DNA from: an uncultured Methanosarcinales archaeon
GTDB lineage: Archaea; Nanobdellota; Nanobdellia; Woesearchaeales; GW2011-AR9
Assembly: GCA_964498285.1 (NCBI GenBank)
Contig: CAZCGN010000001.1
Coordinates: 100,150 to 164,149, forward strand
Direction of reading: 5' to 3'
DNA: 64,000 nt
The notes beneath the pieces were generated by a model, which was given only the letters and a program-made list of their open reading frames with translations, made no database searches and was not told the DNA's origin. Shown here piece by piece: positions 9,789-19,361 of the stretch (positions within the stretch are counted from its first letter, which is position 1; each line of letters begins with the position of its first letter). The position numbers were made by a program, and so were the translations under genes.

Positions 9789-11036
9789 ATGAAAAAATAT
9801 TTTACATTAGAAACGCTTGCACTCCAAAACAAAACGGTTTTATTACGTACAGATTATAATGTTCCAATACAACAAGGAATTGTTCAAGATACACGAAAAA
9901 TCAAAGAATCGCTTCACACGATACAAGATCTTCTCAAAAGACATTGTACTATTGTAATTGCAACACACATCGGAAGACCAAATGGAAAACATGTACCTCA
10001 GCTGTCTGCAAAACCAGTTGCTAAATCATTGCAAAAATTCTTACCACAAGTAAAAGTTCTTACGCTTGATGAAAGCATCGGTGCTGAAATAAAAGAGACT
10101 ATACAAACTGTTGCTAAGAAAAATGCGCATGTCTTTGCCCAAAACCTAGCACAAAAGCCAACAATCATCATGCTTGAAAATCTCCGATTCTACAAGGAAG
10201 AAGAGGAAAATGACAGTGCATTTGCACATTCATTAGCAAACCTTGCAGAATTGTATGTAAATGATGCGTTTGCAGATATGCACCGAAAGCATGCATCAAT
10301 ATGTGCAATCACACAATTTCTCCCATCTGCAGCTGGATTTTTAGTAGAAACTGAACTTCTTAATCTTAAACAAATTCTTGAACCAAAACGCCCAAGTATA
10401 TGGATTATTGGCGGCGCAAAATTAGATAAAGTGGAACTCTTTACAAACGCATTGCGTAAAGCTGATAAAGTTCTTGTAGGAGGAGCGCTCGCATTCTCAT
10501 TTCTTAAAGGTCAAGGCAAAGAAGTAGGTCACTCAAAAATTAGCCAAGAATCGATTCAAGCAGCTCAGAAAATTCTTACTTCAAAGTTCAAAGAAAAACT
10601 TGTTCTTCCAACTGATGTTGTAACAAGCATTTCAATTTCAGAAAATGCCACCCCAACTATTCGTAGTTATAATGAAATAGAACCAAATGAGATCGGACTT
10701 GATGTAGGTCCGAAAACAATGCAAGTCTTTAAACACCATATTCAAAACGCTCGCACGATCTTGTGGAATGGGCCATTGGGGTACACAGAACTTGATGCAT
10801 TCTCAAAAGGAACAAAAAAACTTATTGATCTTTTAAGTAAATCAAACGCAATTACTATTTGTGGGGGTGGTGAGACAGAACATGCCATTCGAACACTCGG
10901 TAAAAAAACCCAAATTACACATATTTCAACGGGAGGTGGGGCAACATTACATTATCTTACTCATGAAACTTTGCCAGGAATTATCGCACTTGAAAAAGGG
11001 TATTCTCTTTTTAGAAAAAAATTAGTGCGGAATTGA
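9789..11036 (+). CDS. pgk: phosphoglycerate kinase
   Basis: LLRTDYNVP, IATHIGRP, GGGA and the C-terminal domain are typical PGK. Start taken at the internal MKKYFTLE. Confidence 0.9.
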   Translation: MKKYFTLETLALQNKTVLLRTDYNVPIQQGIVQDTRKIKESLHTIQDLLKRHCTIVIATHIGRPNGKHVPQLSAKPVAKSLQKFLPQVKVLTLDESIGAEIKETIQTVAKKNAHVFAQNLAQKPTIIMLENLRFYKEEEENDSAFAHSLANLAELYVNDAFADMHRKHASICAITQFLPSAAGFLVETELLNLKQILEPKRPSIWIIGGAKLDKVELFTNALRKADKVLVGGALAFSFLKGQGKEVGHSKISQESIQAAQKILTSKFKEKLVLPTDVVTSISISENATPTIRSYNEIEPNEIGLDVGPKTMQVFKHHIQNARTILWNGPLGYTELDAFSKGTKKLIDLLSKSNAITICGGGETEHAIRTLGKKTQITHISTGGGATLHYLTHETLPGIIALEKGYSLFRKKLVRN

Positions 11037-11975
11037 TGATGCGAGTGCAACATTCATTTGAACATCAAACGTTGCATGCGCTAACTTCTCAAATGCGATT
11101 TTCATTTCTTCAAGCTTTGTAGCTATATGATCAAAATCCGTTGTGAGCTGGGCAATGTGCATTTCTAAAGCCTCCTGCTGTTCTGTAAAATGATCTATTC
11201 GATATTTTAAATCTTCAATCTTGCTATACACATCTTGACGCATTCTTTCCTGACCCAACTTGCGAATCTCTTGAGAGTAGCCAATTCGCGTATCTCGTTT
11301 CTGAACAAAATTGCCACTTTGAAACTCCTCAAACAGTTTGGCAAAAAGGTACTGCCCATCAATTTTTTCACGCAACGTACCAGATTTGAGCGCAAGACTT
11401 ACCCACCTAAGTTGTTCTTTAAGAGTATTGTATGCTTGATCGACAAAAAAAAGTTGAAAATTTTCTTGGACTTTGGTTACAGCATTCACAACATCCAACA
11501 ATTCATAATTAGAATTAAAGTCTTGAAGTTCACTTAAAGAGGTTTTAATTCGCACCAAAAAAAGAAACAATTCATCATCAATTATCTCTCGTTCCTTGAG
11601 AAGATTTTTTTCGGCTTCAAAACTTGCAGAAATTGCTTGATATTCAGGAGTATCCTTTGATTTAAGCAAGGTTACTTCTTTTTCATCTTTTTGTAAAACT
11701 AAATTCTGAAGTCTTTCTTTTGAAACACGTAATTGAGCCAGTTTCATGTTTCGTTTAGAATCAAGAGCTTGCAGTTCTTGTGCAAGCCCCATGCATGAGC
11801 GCACTTTTTTTGTTTGTGTTATCTCTTGAGGATAATCTAAGGAACGAGATGCATGAAGCGTACGTGTTTTTCTAACAACCCATGTTGCAAGGTCTGGTAG
11901 GAAGATAATCTCAGGCATTGGCTCTTGAGTAACACTTGTAAGAATTCTATCAAAAAATCTTTGCAACCAGCCCAT
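11022..11975 (-). CDS. hypothetical all-alpha/coiled-coil protein
   Basis: 317-aa ORF rich in heptad-like K/E/L/Q segments with no recognisable catalytic motif. It is convergent with pgk. Confidence 0.4.
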   Translation of the reverse strand: MGWLQRFFDRILTSVTQEPMPEIIFLPDLATWVVRKTRTLHASRSLDYPQEITQTKKVRSCMGLAQELQALDSKRNMKLAQLRVSKERLQNLVLQKDEKEVTLLKSKDTPEYQAISASFEAEKNLLKEREIIDDELFLFLVRIKTSLSELQDFNSNYELLDVVNAVTKVQENFQLFFVDQAYNTLKEQLRWVSLALKSGTLREKIDGQYLFAKLFEEFQSGNFVQKRDTRIGYSQEIRKLGQERMRQDVYSKIEDLKYRIDHFTEQQEALEMHIAQLTTDFDHIATKLEEMKIAFEKLAHATFDVQMNVALASSIPH

Positions 11976-12075
11976 CGTATCGTACCATTCCTTAATTTAG
12001 TAAGATAAAATGAGTGGTAAAGATATTAAAACACTTCTCTAGTTGAATATAGGTTCTAGAGAAGAAGAATCTATC

Positions 12076-13287
12076 TTATTTTCCTGCAAATATCTCAAGA
12101 ACATCGCCATTTTTAAGCGCGTGTTCTTTACCCACAGTAATTTTTGTCCTAATATTTTTTGCGCGAATAAAGTTCTTTCCAAAATCGGTGTGTAATTTGT
12201 AGGCGAAATCAAGAGCCGTAGAACCTTTTGGTAACAAGAAACAATCGGGAATCACATTTCCATCCTTATCTTCTAACTTGTCCCCCCCAGGATATATTGC
12301 AATGTACCCGAGTACTTCAAACACCGCTTTGTTGAGTGCGTATTGCACGCCAGTTCCAAACTCAAGTGCCTCAAGAACATGTGTTTTAATGAAAGTAAGT
12401 GCTGCTTTTTGTTTTTCATTCAGCTTACTTTCCTCTTTAAGCGCAAATGTTTTCTCGCCAGGAATATACTCAATAAGTTGCGCTTTTGCAGCTTCTCTAA
12501 GTGCAAGCTCACTCTCAGAACTTACTGGGACTAAAGGATAACTTGGAAACTCTTTTGTAAGTCGAGCAAAATTTTCTTTACCAACTCCCACATCGATCTT
12601 ATTGCACACAATCACCATGGGTTTAGTCATTTCTCGCAAAGATCGTGCAAGTTTCAATAAATCGTCTGATTTCCAATCTGTAAATTTTTCTGCATCAAGC
12701 TCAAGTGTTTTGATAGATACCTCAATCATTACTTCAGTTACTTTAAGACCACTCAGTTGCTTTGCAAGAGCCACACTAATCTTTTGTTTTTCTTGGCTGA
12801 CTGTTCGCGCAAATTTTTCCCAACCCTTAGTTAAAATCCCTACATACCACATATCAAGTTCTGTTTCGAGAAATTTGATATCTTCAGCAGGATTGTAACT
12901 TCCACTATCAACACTTTCACCTTTCTCATTTGTTGAACCACTCACATCAATAACATGAATCAAAACATCTGCTTGGCGCAAATCATCCAAAAACTGATTT
13001 CCCATACCTTTTCCTTCGTATGCTCCAGGAACTAACCCTGCAACATCTATCATTTGAACAGGAATAAAGCGGAACTTGCCGAGAACAAAGCCATCACGAG
13101 GGTTTGATACTTTGCCAAAATCACGTGCGACATCTCGTTGTTTTAAATATGCCACACCAATGTTGGGTTTGATTGTTGCAAACGGATAATTTGCTATTTC
13201 AACTTCAGCCAATGTTGCTGCCTTAAAAAAGGTCGATTTTCCAACATTTGGTTTTCCTACAACGCCGATTTGCATGGTTTGTTTCAA
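12076..13287 (-). CDS. Obg-like GTPase/ATPase (YchF/OLA1-DRG family) with C-terminal TGS domain
   Basis: G1 motif GVVGKPNVGKSTFF and DVAGLV (G3) are present. The C-terminal region GDKLEDKDGNVIPDCFLLPKGSTALDFAYKLHTDF is a TGS-like fold. Confidence 0.65.
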   Translation of the reverse strand: MKQTMQIGVVGKPNVGKSTFFKAATLAEVEIANYPFATIKPNIGVAYLKQRDVARDFGKVSNPRDGFVLGKFRFIPVQMIDVAGLVPGAYEGKGMGNQFLDDLRQADVLIHVIDVSGSTNEKGESVDSGSYNPAEDIKFLETELDMWYVGILTKGWEKFARTVSQEKQKISVALAKQLSGLKVTEVMIEVSIKTLELDAEKFTDWKSDDLLKLARSLREMTKPMVIVCNKIDVGVGKENFARLTKEFPSYPLVPVSSESELALREAAKAQLIEYIPGEKTFALKEESKLNEKQKAALTFIKTHVLEALEFGTGVQYALNKAVFEVLGYIAIYPGGDKLEDKDGNVIPDCFLLPKGSTALDFAYKLHTDFGKNFIRAKNIRTKITVGKEHALKNGDVLEIFAGK

Positions 13288-13330
13288 TAATTCATTAGTT
13301 ATATAAAGCTATCTTGAGCGCGCAAGCAGT

Positions 13331-13846
13331 ATGGCGCTCGCATTTGGACACCTAATTAGTGCATGGATCCTAGGGAAGGTGTATGAGAAAGCTTCTTCTA
13401 AGAAACTCGGGCAGAACGTATGGTTTTTTCTGCTCTTTGGAGGGATTTTACCAGACATTGACTTTCTTGTTGAATGGGGGCTTAAAATACCGTACCACAG
13501 AACCTTTACCCATAGTATTATGTTTCTTGTTCTAATGGTGCTTGCAGTCTACATCATAAGTGTTTTGTACAAAGAGAAATATGCAAAAAGGTATGCTATT
13601 GCAATTGGCGCAGGAATCTTGGTTCATCTCGTGTTAGATATGAGCTCGACCAATGGGATTATGTTTTTCTGGCCAAACGAGATGTATTTCTCTTTTACAA
13701 AAGGAGCGACTTTATTTGTGCGGGATGCCTTATTTGCAAACTCAACAGACGTACTCAAAAACATGCTTAAACGAGCAATTTTTGACATGGGTTTGGGTAT
13801 TGCATGGATATTTAGTATGTGGCAGTTCAAAAAGTTGCGGTTTTAG
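13331..13846 (+). CDS. membrane-bound metal-dependent hydrolase (YdjM/DUF457-like)
   Basis: Small polytopic protein with conserved His/Asp residues in the pattern GHLISAW, LPDIDFL, FTHS, HLVLDM. Confidence 0.5.
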   Translation: MALAFGHLISAWILGKVYEKASSKKLGQNVWFFLLFGGILPDIDFLVEWGLKIPYHRTFTHSIMFLVLMVLAVYIISVLYKEKYAKRYAIAIGAGILVHLVLDMSSTNGIMFFWPNEMYFSFTKGATLFVRDALFANSTDVLKNMLKRAIFDMGLGIAWIFSMWQFKKLRF

Positions 13847-13866
13847 TTGAACTCCTAACAGTCAAA

Positions 13867-13883
13867 CACGTAAGTCACTTACG
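13867..13883. promoter_or_regulatory. perfect 8-bp-arm palindrome ACGTAAGT-C-ACTTACGT (hairpin or operator)
   Basis: Seen directly, 20 nt downstream of the DUF457 stop. It is flanked by two GAACTCCTAA direct repeats (about 13851 and about 13926). Confidence 0.35.
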
Positions 13884-13991
13884 TTCTGACCCTGCTCATT
13901 CCAATTGATAAGTTATTGATTCGAGAACTCCTAATGAATTTATTAGAGGAATAAGCAGATTTAAATACGTTAAAGAATTGTTTTAGTTGGT

Positions 13992-14651
13992 ATGCCGATT
14001 AGAAAAATTGATAAGAATGGTGCGGACGGTGAGCTCATGATGTTTCCCGGTGAAACACGGATCAAATTTAAAGATATTTTTGATATGAAAGAGTTTTATG
14101 CTGCAATACACTTCTGGTATCAAGAGTATGGATGGGATGATGGGTATCCATTCACAAGAGAAGGATTCTGGTACGAAACTAATTATGATGAACGGGTTGA
14201 TACAGGAGGTGCTAAAGAAATGTGGATCAGATGGAGGCTTGAAAAAAGACCACAACATCGAGACATGGTCAAATACTATATGGATGTCGATATGCACGTT
14301 CTAGCATTGAAAGGTACTGAAGTTATCAAAAATGGTCAGAAAATTAAAACGAATAAAGGAGAAGTCGAGTTCAACGTGAAAACATATATCCATCTTTTAG
14401 CTGGTACTGGCCATAAAGAGTTCAAAGAAGGTCTGTTTGCCCCCCTCAAAAAAGCTCTTTTTACAACTATGCTCCCTATAATGGGAAAACGGATGTATCA
14501 AGTACCAGAACTTAAACGAGAGTTATACAATGAACTTTACATTATGCAAAATTTTCTTAAACAATGGTTCCGGCTCAAAAGGTATCTTCCATACGAGGAA
14601 GTTAAAAACTTCCATCCTTCACTTGCATGGCCTAGTCATCAAAAGGATTGA
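13992..14651 (+). CDS. hypothetical protein (Trp/Tyr-rich, soluble)
   Basis: 219-aa ORF with coding-like composition and no recognisable motif. Confidence 0.4.
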   Translation: MPIRKIDKNGADGELMMFPGETRIKFKDIFDMKEFYAAIHFWYQEYGWDDGYPFTREGFWYETNYDERVDTGGAKEMWIRWRLEKRPQHRDMVKYYMDVDMHVLALKGTEVIKNGQKIKTNKGEVEFNVKTYIHLLAGTGHKEFKEGLFAPLKKALFTTMLPIMGKRMYQVPELKRELYNELYIMQNFLKQWFRLKRYLPYEEVKNFHPSLAWPSHQKD

Positions 14652-14700
14652 TGTTTTCACGTAAATTTTATAAACCAGTTGAATGCTAGATAGGAGGTAT

Positions 14701-14824
14701 GCCCCCGTGGCTTAGTGGCTATAGCACCTGACTTGTAGCTGCGCTTATTTGCTATGTTTCCAAAAGTCAAATAACAGCATAGTAAGATATCAGGAGGTCG
14801 TGGGTTCAACTCCCACTGGGGGCT
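14701..14824 (+). tRNA. tRNA-Thr(UGU) with about 51-nt intron at canonical 37/38 position
   Basis: Hand fold: acceptor GCCCCCG/UGGGGGC, D-arm GCUU/AGC, anticodon stem CCUGA/UCAGG, loop CUUGUA with an intron at about 14738-14788, T-arm GUGGG-UUCAACU-CCCAC, discriminator U. Confidence 0.6.
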
Positions 14825-14871
14825 TATTTTCTTTTAAATCAAATAGATAGAACATTAAATCTGTGAGCAAA

Positions 14872-15315
14872 TTATGATGTCTTCGCTGTTGCTTCTATAT
14901 ATGTAAGGTTGCGCTTAATAGATTCACATAAAATTTGAAATTCTTCAACATCACGGTCATTCCAGCGATTCACAGAACCAATATGAGTTAGATCAAAAGC
15001 AACAGATGAAAGGTCTCTATTTACATCACTAAAGAGAGACCTATATTCTCTAGACACAGTTTGTTCAGTAAAATAATACTGTGTCGTCTCAATTCTACCT
15101 TTTAGTTCTCCTACTTTTTCAACATAATTTGCACCATCCCACTTTCCTTGGAGATAGCTTTGACAAAGAGCTATTAACTCCTCAAACTCTTCAAGAAAGC
15201 GTTTCAGCATTGTAATTGCAGCAAGTACGTTGTTTTCAGGGCCTTGACCAGCCCTCATGCTTCTTCCTAGCTTATCCAAATGAACAGCTTTAGTAAGTTC
15301 TTTTTGATACATCAT
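14872..15315 (-). CDS. hypothetical protein
   Basis: 147-aa ORF with no motif recognised. Confidence 0.35.
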   Translation of the reverse strand: MMYQKELTKAVHLDKLGRSMRAGQGPENNVLAAITMLKRFLEEFEELIALCQSYLQGKWDGANYVEKVGELKGRIETTQYYFTEQTVSREYRSLFSDVNRDLSSVAFDLTHIGSVNRWNDRDVEEFQILCESIKRNLTYIEATAKTS

Positions 15316-15441
15316 TCCCGAGAAGTTATTTTTATCTTATTAAATTTATCTATATCCAAAGACAAGCACCAGAATAGTTCTCTAAAAATCAAAACATACT
15401 TAAAGGAGTAAAATATTCTCAGAATCCTAAGAGGTTATATT

Positions 15442-15684
15442 ATGGCAGATGAACTCATTGGATTTGTGAGCAAGAAGTTTCTGGCAGGAGTTTCACTTGT
15501 AACAGTTATAGTTGCACTAGGCGTATTTACAATCATATCAAGTTTGAATAGTGGTTCTTCACCAACCGGTGCAAGTTCAGCAAATATTGCAATGGGTGCA
15601 TCAAACGCAATTCTATCTGTTGCAATCGCATTGGTAATTATAGTTGCAGCAACAGTGGTATACGTTAAGGTGATAAAAAGTTAA
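15442..15684 (+). CDS. small membrane protein (two hydrophobic segments separated by Ser/Gly linker)
   Basis: 80 aa. MADELIGFVSKKFLAGVSLVTVIVALGVFTIISSL ... ILSVAIALVIIVAATVVYV. Confidence 0.4.
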   Translation: MADELIGFVSKKFLAGVSLVTVIVALGVFTIISSLNSGSSPTGASSANIAMGASNAILSVAIALVIIVAATVVYVKVIKS

Positions 15685-15781
15685 AACGTACCTGCTCACA
15701 ACGAAAGTTTTAAAAAAGAGAGCGATATCAACAAGCAATAGAGTGATGGGTGATCAGTTCTCAGAAGGGTGAATATTTACT

Positions 15782-16411
15782 ATGAAAGAGATGCTTAAAA
15801 CAGGAACAACAACAGTAGGTATTGTATGTAAAGATGCAGTGATTCTTGCAGCAGACCGTAGGGCTACGGCAGGAAATTTGATTGTGGATAAACACACACA
15901 CAAAGTTAATATTATTTCAGATGAAGTTGCAGTAACTATCGCAGGTTCTGTTTCTGAAGCGCAACTGTTAATGAAACTTATTAGAGCTGAGCTTAAACTC
16001 AAAGAAGTTCGAACAAACAAAGTTCCCACTATTAAAGAGAGTGCAAATCTTTTAGGTGGACTATTATATTCAAGTATCAGGCGAATGTCAATGATACCTG
16101 CGGTCGCGCATTTTTTAATGGGCGGGCGTGACGCTGAAGGCACACATTTGTATGATCTTTTTCCAGACGGGAGTGTTACTAAAGTTGCTGATTACGTTTC
16201 ATCTGGTTCAGGCTCCGTATTTGCATACGGTGTTCTAGAAGCACAATATAAGTCAGGAATGAGCGTTAAAGAAGGTATGATGCTTGTAACAACTGCTATA
16301 AATGCAGCGCTTCAACGCGATAGTTATTCTGGAAACGGAATTGAGATTGCAGTAATTACAAAAGAAAGTGCAAAAAAGGTGCTTGTAAAAGAATTAACCT
16401 ACAGTCTTTAA
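15782..16411 (+). CDS. psmB: proteasome subunit beta
   Basis: TTTVGIVCKDAVILAADRRAT carries the Ntn-hydrolase threonine. Length 209 aa. Confidence 0.9.
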   Translation: MKEMLKTGTTTVGIVCKDAVILAADRRATAGNLIVDKHTHKVNIISDEVAVTIAGSVSEAQLLMKLIRAELKLKEVRTNKVPTIKESANLLGGLLYSSIRRMSMIPAVAHFLMGGRDAEGTHLYDLFPDGSVTKVADYVSSGSGSVFAYGVLEAQYKSGMSVKEGMMLVTTAINAALQRDSYSGNGIEIAVITKESAKKVLVKELTYSL

Positions 16412-16480
16412 GGAAAAAGGCAAAAGTTTCTGTAGAATAAGTGGTACATGGTGTAATTAGATATAGAATACACAAGTAAA

Positions 16481-16525
16481 ATGGCAGATATGAAAAATCA
16501 CAGATTTTTGGACCTGCCAAACTAA
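16481..16525 (+). other. 14-codon upstream mini-ORF (MADMKNHRFLDLPN) duplicating the aCPSF1 start context
   Basis: The motif AAAATGGCAGAYAT occurs twice, at about 16478 and about 16525. The second copy contains the real aCPSF1 ATG. Confidence 0.3.
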
Positions 16526-16528
16526 AAA

Positions 16529-18418
16529 ATGGCAGACATATTAAAAGAAATCGTAAAGAAATTACCAGCAAACAAAATTTCTGAAGCAACATATGAGGGA
16601 GCAAACATTGTTCTCTACACAAAAGATACTGAGTACTTTCTTGACAATAAAGGCACTATCAAGGATCTTGTAAAAGAGTTCAAAAAACGAATTGAACTTA
16701 GGCCTGATCCATCAATGTGTATGCCACCGGAAGAAGCTGAAAAGCGTATGAAAGAACTTATTCCAAAAGAAGCTGGCGCAGAAGATTTTATTTTTGATGA
16801 ACCACGCTCGCAAGTAATCATCCATGCCGAAAAGCCAGGCCTGATTATTGGAAAGCAAGGCGGTGTGTTAAACATGCTTAAAAAACAAACCATGTGGGTG
16901 CCACTCGTTAAGCGTCTTCCTCCAATCAAATCAAAATTAATTGAAAGTATTAGATCAGTTCTCTATGAGAACGCAGCATATCGAAAAAAGTTTCTTGCAA
17001 AAACTGGCCATAGGATTTATGATGGATGGCTCCGAACAAAAAAGCATGAATGGGTCAGGTTAACATTCTTAGGTGCAGGAAGACAAGTTGGGCGCTCATG
17101 TTTATTGCTACAAACCCCAGAGTCACGTATTCTTCTTGATTGTGGAATTGACCCTTCGCAAGACGGGCCCGAATCATACCCGTTTTTAGATGCGCCAGAA
17201 TTCGATATTAGTGAAATTGACGCTGTAATTCTCTCACACTCACATCTAGACCATAGTGGACTTGTCCCATACCTTTTCAAGTATGGATACAAAGGACCAG
17301 TATATTGTACTGCGCCAACACGTGATGTCTCAGCACTTTTACAGCTCGATATGATCAAGATTCAACGTGCTGAAGGGAAAGACCCAATTTATCAAAGTGA
17401 GGATGTGAAAAACTTTGTGTTACACGCTGTGTGTATCCCTTGGGATTCAGTAACTGATATCACACCTGATGTTAGACTCACGTTCTATAACTCAGGCCAT
17501 ATTTTAGGAAGTTCAGTTACACATCTAAACATTGGAAATGGATTACATAATGTTGTCTACACTGCTGATATGAAATATGGGCGTACAAACGTCCTTGAAC
17601 CAGCACACACACAATTCCCCCGTGTTGAAACGCTTATTGTTGAAGCAACCTATGGTGGAAAAGCAAATGTGATGGCAGAAACCGAAGCTGATGAGTATAT
17701 GGTAAAAACCATTAAAGAAACTTTTGATCGAGGTGGGAAAGTCTTAATGCCAGTATTAGGTTCAGGAAGAGCTCAAGAAGTTATGGTGATTGCTGAGCGT
17801 CTTATGCGTGAGAAAAAGATTCCAGAAGTTCCGGTATACATTGACGGAATGCTTTGGGATATTACTGCAATTCACACAGCATATCCTGAGTTTCTGAACA
17901 GAAGTATTAGAGATCAAATTTTTAAGAAAGAAAATAATCCGTTCCTCTCCAAGATTTTTGTAAAAGTTGGATCGCAAAAAGAGCGCAAAAAGATTATTCA
18001 TGACGAAGGTCCATGTTTGATTCTTGCAACATCAGGTATGCTTACAGGAGGGCCATCGGTTGAATATCTTAAAGGTCTTTCTGAAGATAAACGCCACTCT
18101 CTTATCTTTTCATGTTACCAACCAAAAGGCAGTTTGGGCCATAGAATTAGGGAAGGTGATAGGGAGATGCAAATGGTTGTGAATAATAAAATGCAATCAC
18201 ATAAAATTAACATGCAAGTCCATAAGATTGAAATTACGAACCATTCTGACCGTAGGCAACTTATGAACTATGTAAAACGATGCAATCCATCTCCTCGAAG
18301 AGTTATCGTCCAGCATGGAGAGCAGTCACGTTGTTTAGATTTAGCATCATCAATTCATAAACAGTTTAGGGTTGAGAGTATAGTTCCTAAGAATTTAGAG
18401 GCGATTAGGATACGGTAA
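16529..18418 (+). CDS. archaeal CPSF1-type beta-CASP ribonuclease (aCPSF1/FttA; KH + metallo-beta-lactamase + beta-CASP)
   Basis: N-terminal KH-like region, HSHLDHSG metallo-beta-lactamase motif, and a beta-CASP C-terminus. Length 629 aa. Confidence 0.85.
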   Translation: MADILKEIVKKLPANKISEATYEGANIVLYTKDTEYFLDNKGTIKDLVKEFKKRIELRPDPSMCMPPEEAEKRMKELIPKEAGAEDFIFDEPRSQVIIHAEKPGLIIGKQGGVLNMLKKQTMWVPLVKRLPPIKSKLIESIRSVLYENAAYRKKFLAKTGHRIYDGWLRTKKHEWVRLTFLGAGRQVGRSCLLLQTPESRILLDCGIDPSQDGPESYPFLDAPEFDISEIDAVILSHSHLDHSGLVPYLFKYGYKGPVYCTAPTRDVSALLQLDMIKIQRAEGKDPIYQSEDVKNFVLHAVCIPWDSVTDITPDVRLTFYNSGHILGSSVTHLNIGNGLHNVVYTADMKYGRTNVLEPAHTQFPRVETLIVEATYGGKANVMAETEADEYMVKTIKETFDRGGKVLMPVLGSGRAQEVMVIAERLMREKKIPEVPVYIDGMLWDITAIHTAYPEFLNRSIRDQIFKKENNPFLSKIFVKVGSQKERKKIIHDEGPCLILATSGMLTGGPSVEYLKGLSEDKRHSLIFSCYQPKGSLGHRIREGDREMQMVVNNKMQSHKINMQVHKIEITNHSDRRQLMNYVKRCNPSPRRVIVQHGEQSRCLDLASSIHKQFRVESIVPKNLEAIRIR

Positions 18419-18422
18419 AATA

Positions 18423-18902
18423 ATGGATCTTGTTACCAGGGCCAAAAAAGTTATTTCTGAAATTCTTTATATTACTCTTGCAACTTCTAATTCAAAAAAT
18501 GAGCCATGGAACTCTCCAGTCTACTCGGCATTTGATGACAAGTACAATTTTTATTGGGCGTCATGGACAAAAAACCAGCACTCAAAAAATATTGAAGAAA
18601 ACGAAAACGTTTTTGTTGTAATGTATGACTCAACATGTGCTGAAGGGACAGGGTTTGGTGTGTACATGAAAGGTAAGGCTTACAAATTAGGAAAAAATAA
18701 TCTTGTTGAGATTATGAAAGCATTGAAATTACTCTATTCTCGTAAGAATAAAAAGCCTCGCAAAGTTGAAGAGTTCTTAGGTCTTTTGCCCAGAAGAATT
18801 TACAAGTTTATTCCTTCTCAGGTTTGGGTAAATGGCGAAGGAGCCATTAATGGAAACTTTATTGATACACGAGAAGAGATTACTTTAAACTTGCTAAAGT
18901 AA
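18423..18902 (+). CDS. pyridoxamine 5'-phosphate oxidase-like FMN-binding split-barrel protein
   Basis: 159 aa with a general-stress-protein-26-like pattern (ITLATSNSKNEPWNSPVYSAFDDKYNFYW). Confidence 0.45.
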   Translation: MDLVTRAKKVISEILYITLATSNSKNEPWNSPVYSAFDDKYNFYWASWTKNQHSKNIEENENVFVVMYDSTCAEGTGFGVYMKGKAYKLGKNNLVEIMKALKLLYSRKNKKPRKVEEFLGLLPRRIYKFIPSQVWVNGEGAINGNFIDTREEITLNLLK

Positions 18903-19191
18903 AGAGATATTTTTGTAGGTTGATTTCGTTACCTTTTATTTCCACACCTTCTTTTTTGAGAAGTTTTATCTTTTCTTTTTGTCCGTATGCAAAGCCCCCA
19001 ACTTCTCCATTTGAATTAATTACCCTATGGCATGGAACTTTTGGCGCATACGGATTGCAATTAAGTGCTGTGCCCACGGCACGATATGCTTTCGTGTTAA
19101 GAGCTTTTGCTATTTCTTTGTAGGTAGTTACTTTTCCTTTCGGTATTTTTAAGCATAGTGCATAGACCCTGCTTTGAAATTCCGTTGGCAT
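18880..19191 (-). CDS. ogt: methylated-DNA-protein-cysteine methyltransferase (C-terminal DNA-binding domain only)
   Basis: Active-site motif VPCHRVINSNG. Length 103 aa. Confidence 0.75.
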   Translation of the reverse strand: MPTEFQSRVYALCLKIPKGKVTTYKEIAKALNTKAYRAVGTALNCNPYAPKVPCHRVINSNGEVGGFAYGQKEKIKLLKKEGVEIKGNEINLQKYLFTLASLK

Positions 19192-19251
19192 TTTAGGTTA
19201 ATGAGGCTAATAAGATTTATAAATGGTTTTATTGTTTTGAGAATATACGCT

Positions 19252-19334
19252 GCCGGTATCGCATAACTTGGTATTGCGCTGGTCTTGAAAACCAGTTTCC
19301 TCTGGATATCCCGGTTCAAATCCGGGTGCCGGCG
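19252..19334 (+). tRNA. tRNA-Ser(UGA)
   Basis: Acceptor GCCGGUA/UGCCGGC, anticodon stem CUGGU/ACCAG with loop CUUGAAA, long variable arm, T-arm CCCGG-UUCAAAU-CCGGG, discriminator G. An oligo-T follows. Confidence 0.7.
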
Positions 19335-19361
19335 TTTTTATTCTATTAGATTAAGAAAAGT

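Noticed and set aside
15442-15684. 80-aa membrane protein as a second class-III-signal pilin
   Set aside because: The N-terminus MADELIGFVSKKFLAG lacks the [KR]-G-[hydrophobic] cleavage motif seen in the 31770-32246 pilin. Left as a generic small membrane protein.
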